Of a stretch of DNA of 64,000 nucleotides, positions 38,101-52,100 are shown in pieces. Source of the DNA: the human T2T-CHM13v2.0 reference genome, Homo sapiens; the NCBI RefSeq assembly GCF_009914755.1, contig NC_060933.1. One strand, written 5' to 3'. The translations under genes and the position numbers were made by a program. The first letter of the stretch is position 1. The number at the start of each line of letters is the position of its first letter. The notes below the pieces were generated by a model. The model made no database searches. It was given only the letters and a program-made list of their open reading frames with translations, and was not told the DNA's origin.

Positions 38101-39649
38101 TTGGCCTATAGTTTTATTTTTATGATTTGTCTTTGGTTTTGGTTTCAGGGTAATACTGGCATCATAAAACCAGTTTGAGATTATTTCCTCCTCATCTTTT
38201 TTAGAACAGTTTGAGTAGGATTGGTGTTAGTTCTTTAAATATTTGATAGGATTCAGCAGTGAAGGCATTGAATCCTGAGCTTTTCTTTACTAGGAGACTT
38301 TTTATTAAAGCTTTGATCTCGTTGCTTGTTATTGGCCTGTTTAAGTTTTGGATTTCTTCATGGTTCAATATTGGTAGGTAGCATGTGTCTAGCAATTTAT
38401 CTATTTCTTCTAGATTTTCCAATTTATTGGCATATAGTTGCTCATCACAGCCACTAATGATCCTTTACATTTCTGCAGTGTCAGTTGTAATATCTTCTGT
38501 TTCATCTTTGATTTTATTTGAGTCTTCTCTCTTTTTTCCTTCATTATTCTGGCTGAAGGTTTGTCAATTTGATCTTTTCAAAAAATCAGCTTTTTGTTTC
38601 ATTGACCTTTTTATTGTTCTCTTCATTTCAAAGTCATTTATTTATGCTCTCATATTTATTATTATTTTTTCTACTAACTTTGGGTTTGTTTTTTCTCTTA
38701 CTTTTCTGGTTCTTTAGGATGCATCATTAGGTTATTATTTGAAGTTTTTCTTCGTTTTTGATGTGGGCACTTCTAGCTATAAGTTTCTCTCTTGGTATAG
38801 CTTTCATTATACCCCATAGGTTTTGGTATGTTGTATTTTCATTGTCATTTATTAATGACATTTATTAATGAATAAATGTTTCAATTTATCTGATTTTTTC
38901 ATTGACCCAGTAGTCATCCAGAAGCATATTGTTTAACTTCCATGTGTTTGTATACTTTCCCAAATTTCTCATATTATTGATTTCTAGTTTTATTCCATTA
39001 TGGTAAGTGAAGATGCTTGATGTTATTTCAGTATTTTTGAATATTTTAACACTTGTTTTGTGACTTAACATATGGTCTATCTTTGAGAAGGATCCATGTA
39101 CTAAGGAGAAGAATGTATATTCTGCAGCTGTTGGATGAAATATTCTGTAAATATCTATTAGGCCCATTTGTTCCATACTACAGATTAGGCCCAGTGTTTC
39201 CTTGTTGATTTTCTGTCTGGGAGATCTGTCCAATGCTGAAAGTGGGGTAATGAAGTCTCTAGCTGTTATTGCTATTATTGCATTGAGGTCTATCTCTCTC
39301 TTTAGCTCTAATAATGTTTGTTTTATATATCTGGGTGCTCCAGCATTGGGCATATATACATATATAATTGTTATAGCCTCTTGCTGAATTGATAACCTTT
39401 ATTATTATAGAACGAACTTCTTTGTCTCTTCTAACAGTTTTTGTCTTGAAATCTATTTTTTCTGATATAAATACAGCTACTCCTACTCTTTTTTGGTTTC
39501 CATTGGTATGGCATATCTTTTCTCATCTCTTTATTTTCTGTCTATGTGTATCTTTATAGATGAAGTATATTTCCTGTAGGCTACAGACCATTGGGTCTTG
39601 TTTTTTCCATCCATTCAGCCACTCTGTGTCTTCTGATCAGAGCGTTTAG

Positions 39650-39999
<350 letters not shown>

Positions 40000-41154
40000 T
40001 AAATGTTATTATTGATAAGTAGGGACTTACTCCTGTAATTTTGATAGTTGTTTCCTGGTTGTTTTGTGGTCTTCTCATCCCTCTTTTTTCCCTTCCTGTA
40101 TTTCTTTTAGTGAAGGTGATTTTCTCTGATAGTATGCTTTAACTTCTTGCTTCTCATTTTTTGTGTATCCTTTGTTTTTTGATTTGAGGTTAGCATGGTG
40201 TTTTCAAATAATATCTTTTACCCCATTATTTTAAACAGATGACAACTTAACACTGATTTCATAGACAAACACAACAAACATGCAAAAATACAACTAACAA
40301 TAACTCTACAGTTTAACTTTGTCCGCCTGCTTGTTTAACCATTTTAAATTTCTCATCATGTCTAATTGTACTGTCAAAACCCTGAAAAGTGGTGGTCGTT
40401 ATTATTTTTGATAGGTTCATAGTTTAGTCTTTCTACATATCCTAAGAGTAGTTTACAGACCACAATTACAATGTTATACTATTCTGTGTTTTTCTGTGTG
40501 CTTACTATTACCAGTGAGGTTTGTACCTTCAGATGATTTTTTATTGATCATTGACATCCTTTTCTTCCAGACTGAAGAACTCTCTTTATCATTTCTTGTA
40601 GGACAAGCCTTGTGTTGATGAAATTCTTCAAGTTTTTGTTTGTCTGGGAAGGTCTTTATTTTTCTTTCATGCTTGAAGTATATTTTTGCCAGATATACTA
40701 TTGTAAGGAGAAAGATATTTTTTCCCTTTAGCACTTTAAATAGGTCATGCCACTCTCTCCTGGCCTGTAAGGTTTTCACTGAAAAGTCTGCTGCCAGACA
40801 TATTGGTGCTTCATTGTATGTTATTTGTTTATTTTCTCTTGCTGTTTTTAGGATCCTTTCTTTATCCTTGACCTTTGGGAGTTTGATTATTAAATGCTTT
40901 GAGGTAGTTTTCTTCTGGTTAAATTTACTTGGTGTCCTATAACCTTCCTGTACTTGAATGTTAATATCTTTCTTTAGGTTTGAGAAGTTCTCTGATGTTA
41001 TTTTTTTCTTTATTAAACTTTCCACCTCTGTCTCCTTCTCTACCTCCTCTTTAAGGTCAATATCTCTTAGATTTGACCTTTTGAGGCTATATGCTAGATC
41101 TTGTAAGCATGCTTTACTATTTTTATTCTTTTTTTCCTGTCTCCTCTGTTTACT

Positions 41155-41205
41155 TTCAAGCTCACTAATTCTTCAAACTCACTAATTCTTCAAGTTCACT
41201 AATTC
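41155..41205. repeat. 17-bp tandem triplication inside L1 ORF1
   Basis: ttcaagctcactaattc ttcaaactcactaattc ttcaagttcactaattc. Confidence 0.92.
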
Positions 41206-44200
41206 TTTCTTCTGCTTGATCAATTCTGCTATTAAGAGAGTGATGCATTCTTCAGCATGTCAACTGCATTTTTCAACTCCAGAATTTCTGCTTGATTCTT
41301 TTTAATTATTTTCATCTCTGTTAAATTTACCTGATAGAGTTCTAAATTCCTTCTCTGTATTATCTTAAATATCTTTGAATTTCACCAACACGGCTATTTT
41401 GAATTCTCTATCTGACAGATTATATATCTCTGTTTCTCCAGAATTGGTCACTGGTGACTTATTTAATTCATTTGGTGAGGTCATGTTTTCCTGGATGGTG
41501 TTGATACTTACAGATATTCATCAATGTCTTGGCATGGAAGAGTGGGGTATTTATTGTGGTCTTTACAGTTTGAACTTGTTTGTGCCTATCCTTCCTGGAA
41601 AGGTTTTCCAGGTATTCAAAGGGACTTGGGCCCTAAGCTCAATGAGGCTGTGGTTTTTGCAGACTCATAGAGGGACTACTTTAGTGGTCTTGGATAAGTT
41701 TAAGAAGAATTCTCTGGATTACCAGAGAGATGCTCTTGGTCTTTTCTCTTACTTTTTCCTGAACATAAGGGCCTCTCTCTTTCTGTGCTGAGCCATCTGG
41801 AACTGGGGATGTGGTGATGTAAGCATCCTGGGGCCACCATCACTGGGACTGCACTGGGTCAGACCTGAAGCCAGCATATCACTGGGTGTCGCCCCATGCC
41901 ATTCCCTTCAGGGTAACGAGTTTTCCCAGGTCCCAGTCATGTCCAGAAATTCTGTTTGGAAGTGAGGTATTGTGATCAAAATCCTTGGTAATTTACCTGA
42001 TATTCTCTTATACTGAGGCTAAGCTGGTACTCAAACTACAATACAAAGTTCTTCCCACTCTTCCCCCCAATTTCTACAGGTAGAGGAGACTTTCTATGTG
42101 GCCACCACCACCATCAGTCCCCAGAGGGGTTCTGTCAGGCCACTGCCAATGTTCACTTAAAACCTAAGGGCTCTTCCACTGGTGAATGTTGCCAGGCCTG
42201 GGACTCAACCTTCAGAACAGTGGGCTCCCTTCTGTCCCAGGGCAGGTCCAGGAATGCTGCCCAAGAGTCTAGTCTTGGACTTGGGGATCCCAAGAGCCTG
42301 CTTATTGCTCTACCCCACTGTGGCCAAGTTGATACTTAAGGTGCAAGACAAAATCCCCTTTACTTTTCCCTCTGCTTTTCTCAAACAGAAGAAGTATTTC
42401 ATCATAGCCACCACAGCTGTGAAGGTGCTGGGTCACACCTGAAGCCAGCATTTCTCCGAGCCCAAGGCATGTGGCATACTCTCTGGGGACCACTGCTGGG
42501 CATTCATGGCCCAAGGACTCACAGGTGATGAATCTTGCCAGGACTGGTTACTTCGCTTTAAGGCAGTGGGTTCCCTTTTGGCCCAAGATGTATCTAGAAA
42601 TGTTTTCCAGAAGCTAGGACCTGGAAAGGGGCCCTCCCAGCTCTGCCTGCTGCCCTATCCTACTGGGACTGAGCTGGTATCCAAGATGCAAGAAAAAGTC
42701 TTACTCTTCACTCTTCCCTCCCAATTTTTGGTTCTTGTGATGGTGCTTTCCTGTGTAAGGATAATTGTTAATATTTGGTGTTCAATTGAGGAGAGACAAA
42801 CAGTGTAGGCTTCTATTCCACTATCTTGCTCTGTTTCTTTGGGTAACCTTAAAATCTTGATGATAACAAGTCTTCCAAGCCATGAACATATGATGTCTTT
42901 CTATTTATTTAGTCTTCTTCAACTTCTTTCAGCAATTTTTTTTTATTTTGTTTTTCAGTAATCAAAATACAAATCTTGCACATCCTTGTTTAAATGTATG
43001 CCTATGCATTTTACTCTTTGGGGTGTTATTGTGAATATAACTGTTTTTTGTAATTTTTGATTCAGATTTTTTATTACTGCTGTGTAGAAAAAAACTAATT
43101 TTTTTATTGGTCTTGCACTCTGCAAATTTGCTGAATTCATTGATATGTTGTAGTAAGTGTGTGTGTGTATGTGTGTTGTGTGTGTGTGTTCTTTGGGTAT
43201 ATATATAATCATATTGTAAATTGATGTATTTTTACTTCTTACTTTCCAATTTGAATGCTTTTTGTTTTTATACCTAATTTTTCTAGCTAGAATTTGTTAT
43301 ATAAGATTGCATAGAAGTGGTGAAAGCAGATATATTTGACTTGTTCCTGATCTTAGGTGTAAAACTTTTGGTCTTTCACCATTAAATGTAATATTACTAT
43401 GGGCATTTCATAAATACATTTTAACATGTTGAAAAGTTCCCTTCTACTTCTTGTTTTTCTGAGTGTTTGTTTTTTTAAGTGTCCAATTTTGTCATTTTTT
43501 ATGCTTCTATTGATATGATCATATTTTTAAAACTCTATTAATAAACTATGTCATATTGATTTTGTTATCATTTGGTAATGGTATGCTCTTGGATTTGGTT
43601 AACTAGCATTTTGTTGAAGGTTTTTATATTTGTATTAATAAGAATTGTTGGTATATAGTTTTTGTTTTTCTTGTGTGTCTTTGTCTGGCTTTGGTATCAA
43701 AATAGTGGTTACCTTATAGAAGGAGTTAGAAAGTTTTGCCTTCCCTTCTATGTTTTGTAAGAGTTTGAGAATAATACATGTTCTTTAAAAGTTTGCAGAA
43801 TTTACCATTGAAGCTATCTGCTCCAGGTATTTTTTCTGTTGGGAGGTTTTTGATTGTTGATTAATCTTTTTAGTTGCTACAGATATTGTTAGAGAATCTA
43901 CTTTTTTCTTCAGTCAGTTTAGGTAGTTTATGCATTTATGGAGATTTGTTCATATCATCTAAGTCATCTAATTTGTTGGTGTACAATTATCGATAGTATT
44001 ACTTTACACTACTTTTATTCCGGTAAGATCTGTAGTAGTGTCACCACTTTCATTTCTGACTTTGATAATTTCAGCCTTTGGATCCTTTTTTGGTCAGCCT
44101 AGATAAAAGTTTGTGAATTTTGTTGATCCTTTAAATAATAAATTTTGTTAATTATCTATTAATTTTATTTGATCCATTTCATTAGTATCTACTAATTTTT

Positions 44201-45559
44201 ATTATTTACTTGTTTCTACTAGCTTTAGGTTTAGTTTATTCTTTTCTATTTCTGAAAGCATAGATTTAGTTTGTTTATTTTAAATCTTTATTTTTTCCAA
44301 TATAGGTATTTATAGCTGTACATTTTTCTTTGAAGAATACTTTTGTTACATCCTATAAGTGTTGGTATAATGATGTGTTTTCTTTTTTATTGATCTCAAA
44401 GTATTTTATATATTTTTTGACTTACAGGTTTGTTAAGAGTGTGTTGTTTAATTTTCACATATTCATGAACTTTCCACTTTTTCTTCTTTTATTAATTTCT
44501 AGCTTCTTTGTATTGTGGTTGAATAAATTTGAAAACTATGTTTTATGATTTCAACCTTTTAAGATTTATTGAGACTGGTAACATGACCTGATGTATAATC
44601 TATCCTGGGGAATATCCCATGTGTTTTTGAGTGTGGATCTCTTTTCATTTGTATTACTTGGAGACAACTGAATGTCTCAGACTTGTGGATTCATGAGTTT
44701 CATCAAATTTGGGAAATTTTCAGCCATTATTCTGAAGCCATTATTCTGTTTACCTCTTTCTTCTCCTTCTAAGACTCCCACAGTGTGTATGTTGGTTCAC
44801 TTGATGGAGTCACAGAAGTCATTTAGGTTCTGTTCACATTCCTTTATTATTTTTTCTATCTGTTTTTCAGACTGGGTAATTTCAATTGTTGTATTTTTAA
44901 GTTTCCTGATTCTTTATTTTTCTGCTCAAATCTACTGTTGGGGCACATTGCATTCTAGATTCCACAGTATATGTAGTGAATCTTCCATGCTGTGTTTCCT
45001 CCAAAAAGTATTCCTCCTCACCCTCTACCTTTCCAGGCTTTGGGTCTGTATGCTGCTTGTCTTGCCCACCTTTTCTTTTCCTGCATGGATATAGATAGTA
45101 TACTTCTTTAAATGCTTTTAACAGATGTCACTGAGAAAGTTGCTCCTGATAGGAGTGAAAGCAAGGTCAACTTTTGTACTTGTCCATTAGTGAATAATTC
45201 AAAAGGCCAAAACACACAACCACAATTTATTGGGAGCAAAGTTTATATTCTACCCCCCACCGCCTACCCCCAGCACCAGTAAGGCACACCCTGAATGATG
45301 ATCACCTTTCCAATGGCCACCACAGCACTGGAGACTGGGGGTTGGTAAGCAGCTAAGCAAAAATGCCACAATGTTTTCTTACCAAAAATTCGCAGCCTTT
45401 TTCTTCAGTAAGTACTCATTTGGTTGATATAAGTTTCTGACTAGATTTTAAAGTTTCAAAATAGTTGATTTTGTCAGTTTTTGCCATTTAATTGTTGTTT
45501 CCAAGGAGGAAATAATTACTGGAGCATCCTGCTCCAGCATTCTTATGATATCATCCCTC

Positions 45560-47050
45560 CTGAATTACGAATTTTGGCACTGTATTTTCTTTTTTATTCA
45601 TTAAAAATATTTTTCTAATTTTTCTTATGATTACTTTTTTTGACTTGTGGCTTATTTAGAATTGTGCTGTTTACATTTCAAATACTTTATCCACATTCTT
45701 TATACTACTAATTACTGTTTAATTGTATTTTGGTAAAAAATACTCTGTATTAGTCATTGTTTTAAATTTATTGGGACTTGTTTTATGGCCTTACTTATGG
45801 TTTATCTCAGTGAATATTTCCTATGCATTTGAAAAGAATGTGTATTCTGCTGTTTTGGGGCATTGTGTTCAATGATGCCAAATAGGTCAGGTGGGTTGAA
45901 TGGGCTTTTATGTCTGTTTACTTCTAGATTTCTTTCTATTTGTTCCATCAATTACTGCAAGATAAGTGTTGAATTCTCCAAGTATAATTGTGGATTTATC
46001 TATTTCTCTTTCTCTTTTTGTAGGTAAAATTCTTTAATCAGATACAGACACCTTTAGAATTATCATGTCTTTTTTATAAATTGATCTTTTTATCGTTATG
46101 AGTTGTCCTTTCATTTTGGTAATCATTGTTATTCTGAGGTGTACTTTGTTTATTATTAATATAAATTTAATTTGGCTCCTTTAGTGTTTGCATGGTATGA
46201 TATTTTCTATACTTTTACTGTTAATGTAGTCTGTGCCTTTATATTTAAAGCTTGCTTTCATAGACAATATGCTCAAATCTTTTAAATAAGGTGTTCTACA
46301 GTTTAGAGTTAATGCACTTATTGAAATGTTTGAGGTTTAGTCTACTATCTTGCTAGTTATTTTCTATATGTTCTATCTCTTCCTTCTTTTCTTTTAAATC
46401 TTCTTCCTTTGGATTAACTGCATAACTTATAGGATGCCATTTTATTTCTATTATTGACTGTAGCATAAGCAGCGAGACAGTTACAGAGAATTTTCATTTT
46501 TTCTTTGTCACTTTTAAGCTTATTTATGACAGTTGTATAATAACCTTTCTTCTAGTGATATTTTAGTAGCATTATTAAGTCATGGCACACTTCTTGGGTC
46601 TCTATTGAATACTCCAGCTCATCAAAGAGAACTCTTCATTCTGGCTGGTTGGAACTCAAATGCCTCCTAGCCCTGTGTAAGCTTTTGGAATCAATCATCT
46701 TGGATTTTTAGTAACTCTTTGTTAGGCCCTGTGGTGTTTTGTCTTACACACACACTGCTCAATATTCAGCAAAGAATCAGGGTACCCAATGTATATTTCT
46801 GGAGCTGATTTTCTAAATGGCTTCTTTCTTTCTAGAATCCACAACCTTCAGTCACTTCAGCCTCCCTAAATTCTGATCTCTATTTCCTCAAATCAGTGAG
46901 ATCCTCATCCTCCCCTTTGGGAACTTCCCTCGTACTAGCTTTGTTCAGAATGTTCCTTTGAGTGAAAAGTCAAATCAATCCCAGGGCTTATCTTACTTGT
47001 TTTCTTATTTGTCTAATTTCAGGTTCTCAGACCTGTATTTCCTCAAGTAT
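45560..47050 (-). mobile_element. Old L1ME-like LINE, resumed ORF2 endonuclease region and 5' end
   Basis: tgcatttgaaaagaatgtgtattctgctg (antisense endonuclease region); 46600-47050 resembles the old L1 5' ends at 2640-3000 and 5600-6160. Confidence 0.65.
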
Positions 47051-47124
47051 AAAAATGCTTAACATTCTATAGGGCAAAATACTTAGCCAACAACTGTTTG
47101 ATTTTTAAGAATAACCACCTTATG

Positions 47125-47711
47125 TGAGAAAGGAATAATACAAGTGGCTGCAGGAGAATAGAAAATTCCAGGCAGCAGTTTCACATGACTAGAATAAGGA
47201 AACTGCTGAAATAGCTACATAAACTTGGGACTGATAAGACCCTGAAAAACCAACGTGTGGGCTAAGTTAGCTAAGACCAATTGGACCCAACATGGCACTG
47301 GATTTGACCTAGGTTTCACCCAGGACCTCTTATATGCTCATTAACATACTAAATCACAGCCCACCAGTGCTGTAACAGTTCTACAAGCACCCACATTTGG
47401 TGTAAAATGGGTAGCACAACAGTTCTAAGCAATTGCTACTATTTTCCAGGAATCTTCATGAATATTTCACTCCTTGGCTAAAGAAACCCATAAAGGTAGA
47501 AGTCCCACAGCTCCGTGTGTGTGACTTTCTCTTAAGTGTGCCCATGCTCCCCTTTCTTGAGTGTACTTTTCACTTTGCAATATATTTCCATACTTTTACT
47601 ATTTTCCAACTCATCCTTGAATTCCTTCTTGCAACAGTGTCAAGAGCCTAGACACCAGATGTGTCAAGATCCCACTGGCATTTGGGGACATCCCCTAGCC
47701 CACTGGTATCA
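47125..47711 (+). mobile_element. ERV1 solo LTR, MER41/MER66 group
   Basis: TG...CA termini, 587 bp, near 4-bp TSD tatg/tata, ccaacatggc and ttcatgaatattt motifs, tgagtgtacttttcactttgcaata poly(A)-signal region. Confidence 0.85.
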
Positions 47712-47748
47712 TATAGACTGAGAAACAGTTTAATTCATTCTGTAAGAT

Positions 47749-47770
47749 ACACACACACATACACACACAC
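47749..47770. repeat. (CA)n microsatellite
   Basis: Direct observation. Confidence 0.9.
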
Positions 47771-48084
47771 TATTTTGGGGGTGTAATGACATTTATTCAT
47801 TTAATCTTATAGATCCTTCCTTTTTAGTTTATGGTTCATTGCTGATTTCATTAATAGAATTTTGCTCTTCTCCAGACATTCTTGGGTTTCTTTAAAATAA
47901 TAGGATCACAGCTGAAAATAAAGTATGCACTGATCACTGATAAGTTTAGGGAATACCGATATACTTTTTAATATAATATGTAAAGAGGACTAAAATTTTT
48001 TTGGAATTATTTAATAGGAATTGTGAAGAGAATTGACATCTACTGAGTGCCTATTAATACTAACAACTTCTAAACTTTTTTTCA

Positions 48085-48210
48085 GAAATTACTATATATT
48101 AGGTACTATGCTAAGCAAGTTACATTTATTATCTCATTTGCTTTCCACAATAATTCAAAAACGAGTTTCCTAGATTTAGAGTTGATGAGATCAAGGCTCA
48201 TAAAATGAGG
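48085..48210 (-). mobile_element. MIR fragment
   Basis: aggtactatgctaagc...attatctcattt...gatgagatcaaggctca. Confidence 0.6.
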
Positions 48211-49143
48211 AGTTGAAGGGCTCAAAAAAGATTGTCTAATCCTTGAACTTATGAGAGTTAGACAGCAAATTATTCACACAGCTAGAAATGGCAAAATCTG
48301 GCAAAATATCATGTCTTTCAATTTATTGCTTTTCTTCATAACTTATTTATCTTACATTGCTAATGTCAGAATATTGATATTGTAAATATATTCTCCCTTG
48401 TGTCATAATTTTGATAATTCTTCCAGAAAATGGAATCTATGATGGATTTTGTAACTTTGCTAAGACACTAGCTAAAGTAGAATTAGAATACATGATACAT
48501 GATTCCTGATTCTCATGGGGCTTTCTCATCCCTTGACGACATAAGTTCATTTTCCAATTTTAGATACTTGGCCAATTCAAATGAAAATATTCCAAATTGC
48601 TAATCACCCTCTGAAACAACTGTCCAAGAGAAACAATAATATATCTGGTAACAAATTCAGCCTTGCTTCAAATGCATTTTCATGTAAACAAAACAATTTT
48701 TTGTGATGATTACAATAATTGTATTCATTATTTTCAGAACCGCTTTCCATTCACTAAGTATGTGAAAATTAATTGCTTACTTTATCAAAACTGCATGTCA
48801 CTGGTACAGAGTTAACCCTGCTTTATAAACTCACTTGTCAGATATTTTGCAGGTTAGGTTCGATCTATGCTGAATGTACATTGTGCAATCAAACTAATTT
48901 ACATTTTAAAATGCATTTTCTGCTTATTTTAATTTTCTTCTTAATGCCATATTTCCTATGGCTAATGTACTACAGGGAATGTAGAAACTACTAGTGTCAG
49001 TGAATGTTTAACAGAATATCTTTTCTTGGAAAATGGAGTCTCTTTTTAATACAACAAGTAAGGAATTAAATTTGTAGAAAGTTTTCTTTTGACATGTAAA
49101 GTTTGAGAGAGATGTTTCTTATCAATTTTAAACATCTTAATTC

Positions 49144-52100
49144 CTTTTATAATAATTAATTTTTATTTTTATTTCAATATTTTTTGGGGCACTGGTGGTT
49201 TTTGGTTACATGGATAAGTTCTTTAGTGGTGATTTCTAAGATTTTGGTGCACCCATCACCCAAGCAATGTACATATTACCCAATATGTGGTCTTTCATCC
49301 CTTACGCCCTTCATCCTTCCTGCTGAGTCCCCAAAGTCCATTATATCATTCTTATGCCTTTGCATCCTCATAGTTTAGCTCCCACTTATAAGTGAGAACA
49401 TAATGATATTTGGTTTTCCATTCCTGAGTTACTTCACTTAGATTAATGGGCTCCAGCTCCAACCAAGTTGTCATGAAAGACATGATTTCATTCCTTTTTA
49501 TGGCTGAGTAATATTCCATGGTGTATATATACCTCATTTTCTTTACCTGCTCACTGGTTGATGGGCACTTAGATTTGTTCCATATCTTTGCAATTGCAAA
49601 TTGCATAGTTAAAAACAGGAGTGTGCATGTGTCTTTTTCATATAATGGCTTCTTTTCCTTTGGGTAGATACCCAGTAGTGTGATTGCTGGATCAGATGGT
49701 AGTTCAACTTTTAATTTTTTAAGGAATGTCTATACTGCTTTCCATAGTGGTTGTACTAATTTACATTCCCACCAGCAGATTAGTGGTGTTCCCTTTTCAC
49801 CACATTCATGCCAACATCTATTTTGTTTTTTTGTTTTTTTTTTTTTACTTTTTAATTATGGCCATTCTTGCAGCAGTAAGGTGGTATCTCATTGTGGTTT
49901 TAATTTACATTTCCCTGATAATTAGTGATGTTGAGCATCTCTTCATCTTTGTTAGCTGTTTGTATATCTTCCTTTGAGAACTGTCTATTCATGCCCTTTG
50001 CCCGCTTTTGATGAGATTGTTTGTTTTTCCTTGCTGATTTGTTTGAGTTTCTTGTAGATTCTGGATATCAGTCCTTTCTTGGATGCATAGTTTGTGAATA
50101 TATTCTCTCATGCTGTGGATTGTCTGTTTAATCTGCTGATTATTATTATTTGCTGGTCAGAAGCTTTGTAGTTTAATTAGGTCCCATGTATTTATTTTTG
50201 GTGTTGTTGCATTTGCTTTTGGGATCCTAGTCATGAATTTTTTGCCTAAGTCTATGTCTAGAAGACTTTTTCCAAAGCTGTCATCTAGAATTTTTATGGT
50301 TTCAGTTCTTATATTTAAGTCCTTGATCCATCTTGAGTTGATTTTTTTATAAGCCGAGCGATGAGGATCCAGGTCCATTCTTCTACATGTGGCTTGTTAG
50401 TTTTCCCAGCACCACTTATTGAATAGGGTGTCCTTTCCCCAATTTATGTTTTTGTATGCTTCATTGAAGATCAGTTGGCTTGAAGTATTTGGCTTTATTT
50501 TTGGGGTTCTCTATTCTGTTCCTTTGGTCTACATGCCTATTTTTATACCAATACCATGCTGTTTTGGTGACTATAGCCTTGCAGTATAATTTGAAGTCAG
50601 GTAACATGATGCCTCCAAATTTGTTTCTTTTGCTTAGTATTGCTATGGTTATGTGGGCTCTTTTTTGGTTCTGTATGAATTTTAGGATGGTTTTTTTCTA
50701 GTCCTATGAAGAATGATGGTGGTATTTTGGTGGGAATTGCATTGAATCTGTAGATTGCTTTTGGCAGTATGGTTATTTTCACAATATTGTTTCTACCCAT
50801 CCATGACATGGGATGTGTTTCCATTTGTTTGTGTCATCTATGATTTCTTCCAGAAGTGTTTTGTAGTTTTACTTATAGATTTCTTTCACCGCTTGGTTAA
50901 GTATATTCCTAAAAAATTTATTTTATTTATTTATTTTTGCAGCTGTTGTAAAGGCATCGAATTCTTGATTTGATTTTCAGCTTGGTCATTGTTGTTGTAT
51001 AGCAGTGCTACTGATTTGTGTACATTGATTTTATATCCTGAGTCTTTACAGAATTCACATATCAGATGTAGGAGCATTTTGGATGAATCCTTAGGGTTTT
51101 CTTGGTATACAATCCCATCATTGGCTAACAGTGACAGTTTGACTTCCTCTATTTCAATTTGGATGCTATTTATTTCTTTCTCTTGTCTGATTGCTCTGGC
51201 CAGAACTTCCAGTACTGTGTGGAATTGAAGTGGTAAAAGTGGGCATCCTTGTTTTGTTCCATTTCTCAGGGGGAATGCTTTTAGCTTTCCACCATTCACT
51301 ATGATGTTGGCTGTGGGTTTCTCATATATCACTTTTATTAATTTGAGGTAAGACCTTTCTATACCTATTTTGTTGAGGGTTTTTATCATAAAGGGATTCT
51401 GGATTTTATCAAATGCTTTTTCTGCACCTATTGAGATGGTCATATGGTTTTTGTTTTAAATTCTGTTTATATGATGTATCACATGTATTGACTTGTGTAT
51501 GATAAACCATCCCTGCATTCCTGGTATGAAACACACTTGATTATAATGTATTATATTTTTGACATGCTGTTGGATTCCGTTAGCTAGTATTTTGTTGTGG
51601 ATTTTTGCATCTATGTTCATTAGAGATATTGGTCTGCATTTTTCTTTTTTGTTATGTCCTTTCCTGGTTTTGGTGTTAGAGTGATACTGGCTTCATAGAG
51701 TGATTTAGGGAGGATTCCTTTTTTTTTAATCTATGTTTTGGAATAGTTTCAGTCGGATTGGTACCAGTTCTTCTTTGAATGTCTGATAGCATTCAGCTGT
51801 GAATCCGTCTGGTCCTGGACTTCCTCCTTTGTTGTTGGCAATTTTTAAAATTATGGATCAAATTTCATTGCTTATTATTGGTCTGTTGGTTTCTATTTTT
51901 CCTGATTTAATCTAGGAGGGTTGTATACTATCAGAAATTTATCCATACCCTCCAGATTTCCTGGTTTGTGCATGTAAAGATGTTCATAGTAGCCTTGAGT
52001 GATGTTTTGTATTTACATGGTATCAGTTGTAATATCTCCGGTTTTATTTCTAATTGTGCTTAATTGGATCTTCTCTCTTCTTTTCTCAGTTAATGTTGCA

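Noticed and set aside
38886-39353. 155-aa endonuclease-like ORF
   Set aside because: It is an L1 ORF2 APE-domain remnant inside the L1MA2.
40474-41025. Longest ORF (183 aa, minus strand) as a gene
   Set aside because: It is the C-terminal part of L1 ORF1p in a decayed L1MA2, frameshifted at its end; nothing suggests domestication.
41155-41205. Short direct repeats here and at 2474 and 24430 as a CRISPR-like array
   Set aside because: The copies are head-to-tail with no spacers, in a mammalian context; they are slippage duplications.
50931-51443. 170-aa reverse-transcriptase-like ORF as a retron or novel RT system
   Set aside because: It is an L1PB1 ORF2 fragment; the YADD-type motif reads LAND and the rest of ORF2 is broken.
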